From NCBI GenBank assembly GCA_003427395.1, contig BFEA01000028.1, positions 583,072 through 641,202 of the forward strand: 58,131 nt of DNA, read 5' to 3'. Below are positions 12,590-24,960 of this stretch, one piece after another. The notes beneath the pieces were generated by a model. It was given only the letters and a program-made list of their open reading frames with translations, searched no databases and had not been told where the DNA came from. The DNA comes from Chara braunii. Its lineage: Eukaryota; Plantae; Charophyceae. The position numbers and the translations under genes were made by a program. The stretch's first letter is position 1, and every line of letters starts with the position of its first letter.

Positions 12590-15163
12590 TGTTGATAACA
12601 AGAGTTGAAGTTAAACCTTGCCTATGAGAAAATTAGGAGGTTAGCACCTCCTACTCCAACCGAGGTACACCCACTTATGTGGCTAGAGAATCGCTTCTGG
12701 ATTCTTCCAAGCGGCTCCTCAATGAAACTACATTATTTGGACCCCTCAGATAGACAAGTTGCCAGGAGAGACCTCCGCAAGGACCCCTTTTGGATCATAG
12801 AAATGAAAAATTTGAGGAAACTGCCCTTTCCAGATAAAGTACCCCCTGCGAAATGGGAGGAGGTATGCCAACAAACCGTATTGTTAAATACGTTTATCAG
12901 AGATTTTCAAGGATGTGTCCTTCATTGTATGGATGCCCCTTGGAAAGGGTGGACTAGGAGAAGACTTATACGAATTAAGGATTTATGGAATCATTAGATT
13001 AAAGATTGGTTTTCACCCTCAGGCCTTCAAGAGCCTTTGAACTACCATTTCGTCAAAATGAATATTTTTTCATTTTTGGAACGAAATTGAAACAAAGTTT
13101 TTTTTATTTTTTTTTGTCGAAAACTATTCTAAATTTTGTTTCTCTTGAGGGTCCGACGTTTTTAAAACACTAGACCCCCTGTATAAAACAAGATACATTT
13201 AGGCGGTACCCCCTGCATGTATCTGGTCTCAAACTTAGTCTTGATACATTAAGGGGATCCGACGTTTTAAAAACGCCGGACCCTCAGGAGCAACAAAATT
13301 TAGACGAGTTTTTGGCCAAAAAAGTTGAAAAAATCCAGTTTCAATTTCGTTGAAAAAATTAAAGATGTTCATTTTGACGAAATGGTTGTTTTGCATTATT
13401 GTCATCATCAAAGATTTGCCTTAGAACAAATAATTGATATAATTCCATTGGATTGGGTAAGAATCCTAAGAAAATGTCCTAAGTTTCTCCTTCGTGACTG
13501 GGTGACAATCCGAAACTAAATTTAAAGAGAATAGTAAGGAATATAATTGAGACTCATAACTTAGAGGACATCCTCATATCTATCTTAGATATACAAGATG
13601 ATGGGTTCCTTAATCCCATAGCACAAGATGGTACTAGATGGTGTACGACTGACCAACTCTTCCGGATTAGAGTGTTAAAAGTTAATGAGAAGTGACTTTC
13701 CTTTAGACTAGAAACACCAATCTCTCAACTTTCGTTCAACCCGCAGAACTGGCCCTGGTCTTCCTCAGGAAAACAGAGGTGTTCCTACTTTAGAACCTTA
13801 CGCACTCTATTAGTTAAGTCCACGCACAGAATGCTCCGCCCTATGGTTAATTTAAGAGACCGCATCGAAGATCGCTGGTTGAAAAATTTTAAGATGATTT
13901 GAGAGGGATCAAGTGGTTTCGAGCCTGTAAATCTAAGCCAACTAAGGTAGCCTTCTTACAATGGCAAGTCACTCACCGATGCCTTCCTACAAATAACTGG
14001 ATTATTGACAGAACTTGATTAAAACAAAAAGGTATCGGGTAACCTTGGTGCAAACTCTGTAGACCAGCCTTCCCTTCTAAGTTCATACCTGAAACAATTG
14101 AGCATATTTTCCTGCAATGTCCAGGGTCGGTTTGACTCTGGAGGTGGTGGGATAGGATTTGGAATCAACTAGGAACCACCATTCCCTGACCCTGGGAATG
14201 GAAAGCGCTCCTCCTAGAATCTTGGTACCTGGATCAAGTGGATGTGTTCACATCAAAATTGTTCTCAATTGGTAGAAGAGCAATCATTTGGGCAATATGG
14301 ATAAGCAGGTGTACCCATGAAATGGAAGGTGTACGCTTGGATGACCCAGATTTCACTAGAACTATCAAGCAACATATTCAAACGGGTCTTACTATTAAAT
14401 GGGAGAACTTAAGAGAAAAAATCCAACATCTATCATTACAAAATCCCCCCGCTCATATAGTTTTCCAAGCCTTTCCATATATTTTCAAAAACAAAAAGAC
14501 TTCGTAAAAAATAATAATAATAATAAAAAAATTAAAAAAAAAAAATCTGGAACCACATCCAACAGTGCAATAGAAGCTGGCTTGGGGGAGACAAGGGAGG
14601 GAGGTTGGGACAGGTACTGTGGGAAGGAGCACAAGAGAGTTCACAAGGGTCTTTTCAAAGGAATTATCGATCAGTCTTCAATGATTGGAGTATTGTTGAT
14701 CCTGCTATACCATTAAGACCATTGAGACCATTATTCGACTTCCCTGATCCCTTTCCTCTACCAGGATATTGTCTGGTTCCCTCTTCGTGGTATGGGTAAG
14801 ATTGAAGTAAGGGGCATTAGATTGTTTTCTCTCGGTTCATAATGTTGAGGGTTATGGTTCTGTGCTTGGTAATCAAGAGTTTCTGGTGCCAGGATAAGTG
14901 AAGAGACACAAAGCTCTCATTATCAATAAGTTCCATCAATTCCATTAGTAGAATTCATTAGGGACGCTGCGCCCGGTTCGCAGCATACATGGCTCATTTG
15001 TTTCAATCGTATCTGAGGGGACGTTTGACCCACTTTCCAGCAGGTGTAGCTCCGCACCAACTGACAGGAGCCCCGCGTAAGATAGGTAGGCGTGTATGCT
15101 CATATCATCACTCCTATTTGTTGATGTGGACAAGATTCTTTAGTAAAAAAAAACAAAAAAAAA
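12590..15163 (+). mobile_element. 5'-truncated L1/Tx1-like LINE (ORF2 C-terminal half, 3' UTR, A tail)
   Basis: Homologous to the post-RT region of the LINE at 49679-53079 (WLENR.W, LHCMD.PW.GW, WCKLC...ETIEHIFLQC zinc knuckle, RRAIIWAIW..RC); ends in the shared 3' motif and an A tract. Confidence 0.9.
13040..13390. mobile_element. Palindromic MITE with 3-bp TSD (TTG), CACTA-like terminus
   Basis: Long TIR AAC(T/A)ACCATTTCGTCAAAATGAA; removing it with one TTG restores the LINE frame QEPLHYCH. Confidence 0.85.
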
Positions 15164-15203
15164 CTCAAACCCTGCTCAAGCCCTCTGCCCCAAACAGAAA
15201 TAA

Positions 15204-15397
15204 GGGTAACTTCAGTAGAGTCACAAAAACGAGTTAGAATTGCACTGTGGGGCCAGATACAGTTTGCAATTGCACTTCGGGCACCCTACCTGGCCAGAAA
15301 GATGGGTTGTATACATTGCTCGAACTGTAATTCGAAACTATATCTTGGCCCGTAGTGCAATTATAACTCGTTTTTGTGACTCCCGCGTAGTTTCACC
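15204..15397. mobile_element. Mutator-like MITE
   Basis: TIR GGGTAACT...GAGTCACAAAAACGAGTTA.AATTGCACT; same family as the ends of 36932-39358. Confidence 0.8.
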
Positions 15398-16443
15398 ATG
15401 GAAGAACTCTGAATACCCAATTCAATGATGTTGCCTCAAGGTTGTCACCCTTCGAAAAAATGCGAAGGCCACCCTTTATCCACCAACACTTCCCCGATGT
15501 GCAGCCGTGTACGTGCCAACCATCGGTACAGTGCGGTCATTATGAATGAATCCGTCCTCGCATGACAGCCAGGTACATCCCACCCTGTCCTAGTGTGTGT
15601 AAGCGCGCAGTTTGGGGAAGGAGTGGTGATTTAGACCACCAGTACGATTCTCAGGTAGAAAATATCAAAGTCACGGTGTGTATGCTGTTGTGACCTTTTT
15701 TTTTTTTTTTGCTCTGACTCTCGGGGGAAGTACTGGGGCCACTTTTCGGTGGAAAGTTGGAAACTGATCAACGTCCCTTTTGCCTGTGTATTGAACCCAA
15801 TCTGGTCTGCCATCCATACAGCAAATCGATAAATAACAATGTCACATGATAAATTGTCCCGGAATGATCAATCAGATGGGAACACAATGAAGCACCCAAT
15901 CTTTTGCTGCCACGTGTACATTTCTCATTCCAAGAGTAACCAGACTAGAAGAGCAATGAGGGAGGATAGACATATAGGAAGAAAAGAGAGAGGAAGTAAC
16001 AATTATGTCCCTCTTCTCCACCGGGTTCCTCAACCTCTGACACATATAGAATGGAGCCTTATCTTCGTTGATGAACAGCGTCAGCAGCAACGTTAAGTGA
16101 GACCAGGCACGTAAACACGACGTCTCTTTTCACCCACACTCTATCTCCCTCTCCTCACTATCTCGCTGTCGTCAATGGCCACAACAATGGTCGTCGTCAC
16201 CTCTCTCCTCTCGTACTACATCACCTGGCTGACGCTCATGAATCGAATGCCTGGTGGTGAAGTCAACTCTATATTGACTCTTGGTCACCAGGGTCACCTT
16301 CAATCACAATAAGGCCCGGATCATGCAGTTGTTGACAGTCCAGATGCATTTTTTGTCCTAGTTCGTGGTTGGACTTGATGAGGCCTGAATCTTCCGTAAC
16401 CTGCAGACCATTGTTGGGTCATTCCCAATCGACGGCCAAAAGA

Positions 16444-16558
16444 TCTTATGTGCTGATTTTGATATTTCGGATCTGGGTGTGAGTTCACGCGTTGACTGAA
16501 TCTTATGTGTTGACTTTGACATTTCGGATCTGGGTGTGAGTTCACGCGTTGACTGACT
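16444..16558. repeat. ~56-bp tandem duplication
   Basis: TCTTATGTG.TGA.TTTGA.ATTTCGGATCTGGGTGTGAGTTCACGCGTTGACTGA twice. Confidence 0.85.
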
Positions 16559-17871
16559 TTTCGGTCAACTGTCGGCCTGGCCTTTTCCCTGTGGCCTGTC
16601 TAGCCTGCCCCGGGGCCTGGTCATTCGTGCTGGCTTAGGGCGTGGCCGATGCCCGTCGGGGGGTTCAATTTCAAGTTGCACACGGAGTAAATCACCTGGA
16701 TGAATGTCCAGCGAAACAGTGGTACTTCCCGAGAGTAGCTGCAACATTTCTTGCTGGGAGACAAGTTGCTGGTTTAAAAACAATGGCTATATAAAGCACA
16801 GACTGCCCAAATAACGTTATATTCAAATAGAATGTGTTGTATGACAGTTAATGTTCCTTTTCTTTTTTTTTCTTTTCATTCTGACCCTCTTATTTTACTC
16901 TATTTTATTATATTTTATTATAATCAAGGGTCTTACCCCTTGTGAGGCCTCACCACTTTTCTCTAGTCAATTCTCCTCAGTGCACCCCCACTGCCCCAAT
17001 CATACCGCAGTGTCTACCACTTACTGTCGGACCATCACCCTTCTATAATCTTAGCGGTGCGACCTGACCGGACAGCAGTTCCAGCCACCACAGCTGAGCA
17101 GGACCGCTGGTCAGCCCTGGTTGAAGCATGCTCGAAAGAGCCCTGTCGTAGAGGGACTTTGGGCACTAGCATTCTCTCACTACAAGCCCCCAAACTTACG
17201 AGTGTTCCCCAATGTATGGATCTAATCCTGCACACCCTAGATATCACAGACATTGTCTACTGTGCCCCCGTGTCTAAGGTCTACCCTATTATGACAACCC
17301 CTTGAGCAACCCGGGTATACCCACCTAGCACAGTTGTTTATCAGTCATTCTCGTCATGTTGTTAGTATAACTTAAAGAGTATTTGTCATCAATAAATGTA
17401 CGACCATCATCCGCCCCCCAACCCTCTTGAATGGTTGTAGTGCTCCTGTTCCGGTCATTGTTTGTTATGTCATCTGGAGATGCTCTAGCCTCTGTCATCA
17501 GCAGGTATCCTTCTCATACCTCAGTCATTAGCTTGACCCCTTCAGTCTTTGTACCACCTAGAGTCGCTTTGTTCTCGATTCTCAACAGGTACACAGCCAC
17601 CATCTGCCCTTATACCTTTGTCATCAGCTTGGCTCACTCTGGTCTATTTGTCATGGGAAGCGGAAGATTTCCCTCCGCTAAGGTCCCACCCTTCAACCAC
17701 TTTTTCCTTTTTTCCGCCAGTACTTCCGAGGCACTTTTCTCCGACTCTGGGAACGCCCTGCGTCCAAAAACGAATTGGCGCGGGCTGTTGATGAATTTTA
17801 TCGACGATATTGAAGGCCCCAAAAATTGTGGCATGTGCACAACAACGGCCCACGTCTGATATATGGGCCAA

Positions 17872-18397
17872 GTATTGGTAGTTTAACTAAGCTATATTCT
17901 TCCCTCAATTTCACCTTTCACTACCTACCTACCACTGCTCCCAAGCCTATACAGGGGACCCCTGCAAGCATGGCTACCTCACACAACCAAGGGGATGCAT
18001 GTTGGCCCCCGCCCTAATCTGCGGTGCTCAGGGAGTAGGGTAGGGCTGCCCGGTGAGGGAGGCACCTAGCACAAAGACAAAACATTTTGCCCATAGCTGC
18101 GCCTCCCATCTACTTACCTTGCCCCTGTATAGTAACGTGACATAAGTTCTATGGCCGGCCCTATCTCACACACCACACAACCCAGAACCTCCTGATGAGC
18201 GAACGTGACAACACACCCACCCACGCCCACACCAGTGACACACACCAATGATGGCCAAGGCCCCTACTAATACCGACCAGAGGGAGCAAGTCAGCTATCT
18301 CGGTTGGTTGGCATCAGTGTGCTCAGGCCTCGTCGGGAATGAACCCACGACCTCCTGAATGACACTTCCGTGCCTAACTAACTGAGCTAGGCTGCTG
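17872..18397 (-). mobile_element. tRNA-derived SINE (~520 bp)
   Basis: Minus-strand head with A box TAGCTCAGTTAG and B box GGTTCATTCCC; the body aligns by eye to the poly(A)-tailed insert at 36085-36603. Confidence 0.8.
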
Positions 18398-18428
<31 letters not shown>

Positions 18429-18984
18429 NNNNNNNNNNNNNNNNNNNNNNNNNNNNNNNNNNNNNNNNNNNNNNNNNNNNNNNNNNNNNNNNNNNNNNNN
18501 NNNNNNNNNNNCCCTTCAACCGTCCCGCCTGTGGCAATCGGACTATTTTGGAAAACATTATAACGTACGGACGTGGGGGAAGACGGTAGCATGAAGCATA
18601 GGACCTCGCTCCACCAATCACCAATTTGCAAATTGAGAATGAATCTTCATTCATAACGTGGAAAGATATGGCGCTTGTTTTTTTTTTTCTTTTCAAAAAC
18701 TAAGAGTTGGACCCCACAGGAATGCGGAAAGGAAGAATGTTTCCGCAAAAGTGTTTCTGGGAGCCCACAGGCAGCAGAGGACCTTCTGGCAAAAGCGAAG
18801 TGCCTTCCAAATACTGGTTTCCGGAACCCCACAACCCGCAATTTATGGCGTGGAAGAACACGTATAGCCGTTTTCACATCGTCCGCCGCGTGGAAAAAAT
18901 GGCTCCGGAGGATATCTCGCCGCGATTTTGTGTCGAAAGTTGAGAGTGAGGTAGGGAGTGCACGGGTACTTTCCAAGGTCATGC

Positions 18985-21800
18985 CCACCGTTTGAACCAA
19001 CAAGTGTCCGACCCCTTGGCCTACCTTGCAAACCCCGTAAGTTTCTATCTATAGTGGCTGTCGTTCCTTTTATGTTGCGCTTTGTGATCCTGAAACCATC
19101 TCTGGCTGGATATCTCTCTAATCCCAGTACCAGGAAGGATCTGATGAGTCTGGATTTTGCCACCCTTGTCCAAGCATATTCGGCTATTCGTTGCTTTTCT
19201 GCAAAACGATCGAGATATCTTTTGCGGATCATTCTGTCGGGGGTTATTAAGCGGCATTTTGGTGTAAACATTCGACGATGATTGGTGGTACGGATCACTT
19301 ATGACGATGGACTGAGTAAGCTCGGTATCCGTTCGTTATGCTCTCACCTGGTAATGATGGCGGATGTTGACGAAGGTTGGAAGCAGATGATTGTTTGTCG
19401 TATGTGTATTGTGTGACTGAAAAATAAGTGTGTGGGTGATCTGATCTTTAACTTTCGTGATGCTGCTCGAGTGGTTCAGAGTTGTTGTAACTGTTTGTCT
19501 TTATCTGAGGAATTTCCTCTTCTCGATAACCATGTTAGCTTTTGCTTGAATGATTGGGAACCTGCCCCGGCTTGGTTTCGAAACAATAAGAATGTGGTCT
19601 ATCCGCGCCATTTCGACGTTATAGGGAGGCTGAGGCGTCAGATCATGTCGTCCTTTTCTGTTCTTGACTTTATTGTTCCTAAGTTGGATTGGCGTTTTGT
19701 CGCTAGTTGTTGTGCGGGTTTGGATGAATGCATTCGTGACTGTTTTGAGGAGAATGCCACCTCTTGGGCTGGGAGGTCGGATGGGTTCGTGCGGGTGTCG
19801 ATCGACCATAATCCTGGTGACACTTATGTTTGTTGTCCTTTGTTTTATCAAAGAGGTAAAAATATTATGTTCCACGACAATCTGGGTTTCCGGTCCATTG
19901 ATCTCGACGAGAATCTTCTTCTGCAACACGCTAAGGAGTCCTATGAACAGATGGGACTCCAAGAGTTGGCTAGATGGGATGGTAAGGGGGAGATTGACAA
20001 GTCCTATGTGATTCTGAAACATAAGGACGTGAATCGGTGGCGACCGATTTGTCCTTCATTCAGTGAATGTGGCGTGCGTGGTTGTCGTAAGGTTTCTCGC
20101 TCGGTGAACTCCATGATTTGGAGCTTTAACTGAAGGGCTCACACTTCAATCTGAAAAGCTCCGATCTCCTGACAAATTTGCTTAAGTTGGTAAATAAAGA
20201 CTTGGGGGAAGGGGATGCCTTGCTCACGGCAGCCTTTGACATTAAAGAGATGTTTTGCAATCTCCCTCATGCCTCAATTCTTAATGCATTGGATTGGGTT
20301 ATTGATTCTTGAGAGGGTAAGAAGGCCAAAGGTGTATTGCTAAAAAAACGGGGAAAAAATGCTAAAATTCTGAAAGGCAAGAGACAGGAGGGTTGGGACT
20401 TTTTTGACTTTGATGTCATTCACAATTTTGTGAGGTTTGACTTGTTATATACCTTAATTCGGGTCAACGAAACTATTCCTCAACAAATTGTCGGTATTCC
20501 CATGGTCAAACTCTTTAGTCCAGCCATTGCCTGCTTTTTGTGTATCTATTCTAAGTCCACCTTCCTTAACTCTCTTGGGAAGGATTGTGCGTTGGTGCAC
20601 GGTATCCGTCTAATTGACGATGTTTCAATTTTCATCAAGTATCACGAGAGGGATGATTTTTCTCTTCGGAAAGCTGGTGATATTTTGGCAGAATTTACTT
20701 ATTGTTATGATCGGAATTGACTCTGAAGCGTACTAGCAATTCTGAGTCATGGGATTTCCTAAGCTGTGTTTTGCGTAACTTCGGTTGGCCTGGGGGTGTT
20801 CAATGTGCTGTGGTTCACAAAAATCAATGAACTGTTTTCGAAAAGGGTTTGTGCTTCCAGAGCATGCATGATAATTGTTCCTACGTGAGTAAGAAACAAA
20901 AGATGGTCGTGGTTGGCTCCTTTTTTCATCGAGCTCTTTGGTTTACGAGCATGCCAGTTGTTGAGGTGGTCTTTCTGTTCACCTTGAAAGTTGACTTGAG
21001 GCTTCGGGGATTTCCGGGTGAAATCTTCGATAAATCCTTGTGTAATTTTTCTTTGAAATTTGGGGGTTTGTGAGATGAATGGGTTCAGTGTTTGACTGGT
21101 TGGGATAAAATTCGGTTTCAAATGTGGGTTTTGGGTAAAGATGGCCCAAATGGGAAGGGGGCACTTCACATATGATGGCTTGCTACTTGGATTCTTCGTT
21201 TTTTGTTGGGTTCCCTGGGTTCGAAGTTGGGTCTTCTAAGGTTCACTGGGGTTCGGGCCTGCGATGTGTTTTTCTACCTTGGCTTGACTTGGTTGCCCCC
21301 CCCCCCCCTTGTGGTTTCGATCCTATGACTTGTTTTTTACTCTATTCTTAGTTGGGCCCTTGTGGGTTCGATCTAGCGACCCATCCTTTCTCTGGTCCGT
21401 GACCTCCTTTGGCCTCCGGGATTCGAACTGGTGATTCGTACTTTGTTGTTTCAGTTGTAGGTCTTCTGTTGGTACATGGTAGTGGGGTCGGCGGGCCTTC
21501 GCTGGTTACGGTCTGTTAGGATTCGAGTTGTGGACCTTGTGGGAATAATAGTTGTTTAACGTGTACCCTCTCTTTGAGTAGGCTTTGGCTGACTCTAAAA
21601 CTTTCAAGTGCTTTGTTTGCTTCTTCTTAAACCACGAGTACCTCGCTTAGCTAACAAGTACGAGGCTCAGACTATCGGTAGCCCGATCATTCCCGAGACT
21701 TTATTGCCAAGCCTCAAACAACTGGTAGTACATCCCAAAAAAACAACAACAACAACATTAAAAAAAAATAAAAAATAAAAAAAATAAAAAAAATAAAAAA
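18985..21800 (+). mobile_element. Penelope-like retroelement, Naiad/Chlamys type, decayed RT
   Basis: CxC...HV motif (CNC..LLDNHVSF), DHNPG..YVCCP..Y (DKG-equivalent), YVILKHKDVNRWRPI, AFDIKEMF, QIVGIPM...SPAIA, RLIDDV; stops and frameshifts; A-rich 3' end. Confidence 0.8.
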
Positions 21801-21873
21801 ATCAGACGTGCCCAACAAGAATGAATCTTCCTCCACTCGGATAAAGAGGAAGATTCATTCTCGTGAGAGGTTC

Positions 21874-21918
<45 letters not shown>

Positions 21919-22822
21919 NNNNNNNNNNNNNNNNNNNNNNNNNNNNNNNNNNNNNNNNNNNNNNNNNNNNNNNNNNNNNNNNNNNNNNNNNNNNNNNNNN
22001 NNNNNNNNNNNNNNNNNNNNNNNNNNNNNNNNNNNNNNNNNNNNNNNNNNNNNNNNNNNNNNNNNNNNNNNNNNNNNNNNNNNNNNNNNNNNNNNNNNNN
22101 NNNNNNNNNNNNNNNNNNNNNNNNNNNNNNNNNNNNNNNNNNNNNNNNNNNNNNNNNNNNNNNNNNNNNNNNNNNNNNNNNNNNNNNNNNNNNNNNNNNN
22201 NNNNNNNNNNNNNNNNNNNNNNNNNNNNNNNNNNNNNNNNNNNNNNNNNNNNNNNNNNNNNNNNNNNNNNNNNNNNNNNNNNNNNNNNNNNNNNNNNNNN
22301 NNNNNNNNNNNNNNNNNNNNNNNNNNNNNNNNNNNNNNNNNNNNNNNNNNNNNNNNNNNNNNNNNNNNNNNNNNNNNNNNNNNNNNNNNNNNNNNNNNNN
22401 NNNNNNNNNNNNNNNNNNNNNNNNNNNNNNNNNNNNNNNNNNNNNNNNNNNNNNNNNNNNNNNNNNNNNNNNNNNNNNNNNNNNNNNNNNNNNNNNNNNN
22501 NNNNNNNNNNNNNNNNNNNNNNNNNNNNNNNNNNNNNNNNNNNNNNNNNNNNNNNNNNNNNNNNNNNNNNNNNNNNNNNNNNNNNNNNNNNNNNNNNNNN
22601 NNNNNNNNNNNNNNNNNNNNNNNNNNNNNNNNNNNNNNNNNNNNNNNNNNNNNNNNNNNNNNNNNNNNNNNNNNNNNNNNNNNNNNNNNNNNNNNNNNNN
22701 NNNNNNNNNNNNNNNNNNNNNNNNNNNNNNNNNNNNNNNNNNNNNNNNNNNNNNNNNNNNNNNNNNNNNNNNNNNNNNNNNNNNNNNNNNNNNNNNNNNN
22801 NNNNNNNNNNNNNNNNNNNNNN

Positions 22823-22980
22823 TTCTTGCTGTTGACGTCACCGTCAACGATGTCAATGTTGTTGTTGTTGTTGTTGCCCGTTTTTTGGGGAATACCGGTT
22901 GTTTGCCGGTGGGTACCCCGCCCAACGCGGCGCGTTAACGGCCGCGTCGGCTTTTTCAAGCTGGGCGAGGTACTGGTGGT
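22823..22980. mobile_element. Right end of a TTAA-specific DNA transposon
   Basis: GCGGCGCGTTAACGGCCGCG...AGCTGGGCGAGGTACTGGTGGT|TTAA, same end as at 35154. Confidence 0.75.
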
Positions 22981-23358
22981 TTAAATGGTGATCTTGACAC
23001 ATCATCGACACTCGACTGAGTGATGACCCCTGACGATTCCGGAGCCGGCTCTGGATGAAACGCGTAGGGTCTTGCCGGAGTAGTTGACCTTGCTCTGCAT
23101 GAGACGGACATGACATCCATCTTCGGGTTCAACTCTATTGGCTGGATTGGCTTTGATTTTATTCGAGCCATATGTCGCATTTGGGAGACATCGATGTGTC
23201 ATTTCTCACCTCTTTTCTCCTCTTTTCCCTCATCTCCCTTGTCTCTAACATGGATGCCTTCTTCTACCATCACTTGGTGTTTGTCATGCATGTCGTCTTT
23301 TAGGCCACGTGGCCGTATCTGGAATGTGATGGTTTATGATTGCTACGAATGTGTCTTG

Positions 23359-23820
23359 GGGCCTCGCCGGACGGTGCAAAAAAAACGAAACGAAACGACC
23401 TCAAACCTCGCGAGGCCAAGAATCACCGTTTTGACTCGTTTTTTGCACCACTGCCGCACAGCACACGCGAATTCCCTCGGGGAAAGGGCGTCACTCTCTT
23501 CAAACTTCTCTCGCAACACCTGACACATGCAAAAGTACAAAATTTTTGGATGTACTCTCTTTGGAGCGACGTGTTGCACTCGTGCGGATTCGCAGCTCCA
23601 CCAGCAGTGAAGCGGAGGACCTGCGAGTTCGCTTGAGTTGCAGGCAGGGATGGCCGCTGCACGTGCGCACACTCGCGAACTTGGAGTCTGACATCTTTCG
23701 CGAGGAAACACTGACAGGATCCGCGAGGGTGCTGTGCGGCGAAACCTACGCGAAACGAAGTCATTTTTTTTTTCGTGTAGTCATTTTTTTTTTCGCGTAG
23801 CGTGCCGTCCGGCCAGGCCC
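23359..23820. mobile_element. PIF/Harbinger-like MITE
   Basis: TIR GGGCCT(C/G)GCCGGACGG and 3-bp TSD TTG on both sides. Confidence 0.8.
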
Positions 23821-24923
23821 TTGATCGTTTAGGCTGCAAGCCGGTACGGTTTGCTCTCTCGATTATTTGTGACTAATGGATGATTATGCCAGTATTCTCA
23901 ACAACAATATCAGTGCTGCACAGCAACCAACAATAAATATTGGCCAAGGTCCTGCCAATCTTGAGAGTACTGGAGCGAGGCCCATAGCTTGCCAGTCACT
24001 GCCCTCCCGTCTCACCCCCTTTTCCCTGCTAACACAGCAGCTTCTGCTAATGCCGGCCCTTGGGGACCAAACCAATGGCGTATCTCCAACCAAGCGTGCC
24101 CTCGGATGTGCAGCCGTCCGGAATTGAACCCGCAATCGCCTGAATGCCGCCGCGCCATTTTGGGTGCCTTTTACCGAGCTACTGTAGGCCGCATCGCCTT
24201 TTCCCGCGGATTTGGAGAGCGGGGCATCGAGCGCCACAAACGGTAGGCTAAAAAGAAAACAAAACGAAAAACAACAAAAAAAACCGAAAAAAAACGGTAG
24301 GCTCATGAGCGGGGCGACGAGCTCGCCTGTCGTCCCTCCTCTGGGCGGGACTGGGAATCCGGCGGGAATTGCGATTGGCGGGAGCGGGGGGCTGGCCCAG
24401 TGCTTTTCTGCCGCCGGGGATCTCTGTCGACCTGCCTTCGGAACCAGTGCATCGCCTTGCCAGGCAGTGAGAAGAAGCTATCGTTGGTTGGAGGGTGACA
24501 CTCAGTGGGACCAGGCGGGAAACAAGAGGGCGTCAGATTGCCGGTCGGTCCAACCAGCAGCACCCGGACTTGATTGTTGTGTCACTGCACCGATCGGTTT
24601 GACCGTGCTCTGGGCGGAAGTGTTTTGACGCAGGACACTTTAGTCGATTACGATCATAATCCGTCGAGAGCATCGGGTTCGACTGCAGGTCTAGGAGGAG
24701 GAAAGCGTCCACCTCAATTGCTATCAGGACGGCTGTGGTGGCTGCTGGATGTAGGATCAGGACTCCGTCGTCGAAATTCTTGGCATTTGTTCACGTAGTA
24801 GCCGGCATTACGGCGGATTACGGTGAGTGCTTTGTGTGCTTTTGCGGTCTTTCTTTATGCAAAACCTTGATCCGCTCCTATGGAAATCGAGAAGTTCAAT
24901 ATCATCACAGACTGTGTGTGTGT

Positions 24924-24960
<37 letters not shown>

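Noticed and set aside
15430-16100. Possible transposase remnant on the minus strand
   Set aside because: Only weak fragments and no convincing catalytic motif.
18190-18210. Hammerhead core candidate CTGATGAG
   Set aside because: No stem II/GAAA or cleavage-site helices in register.
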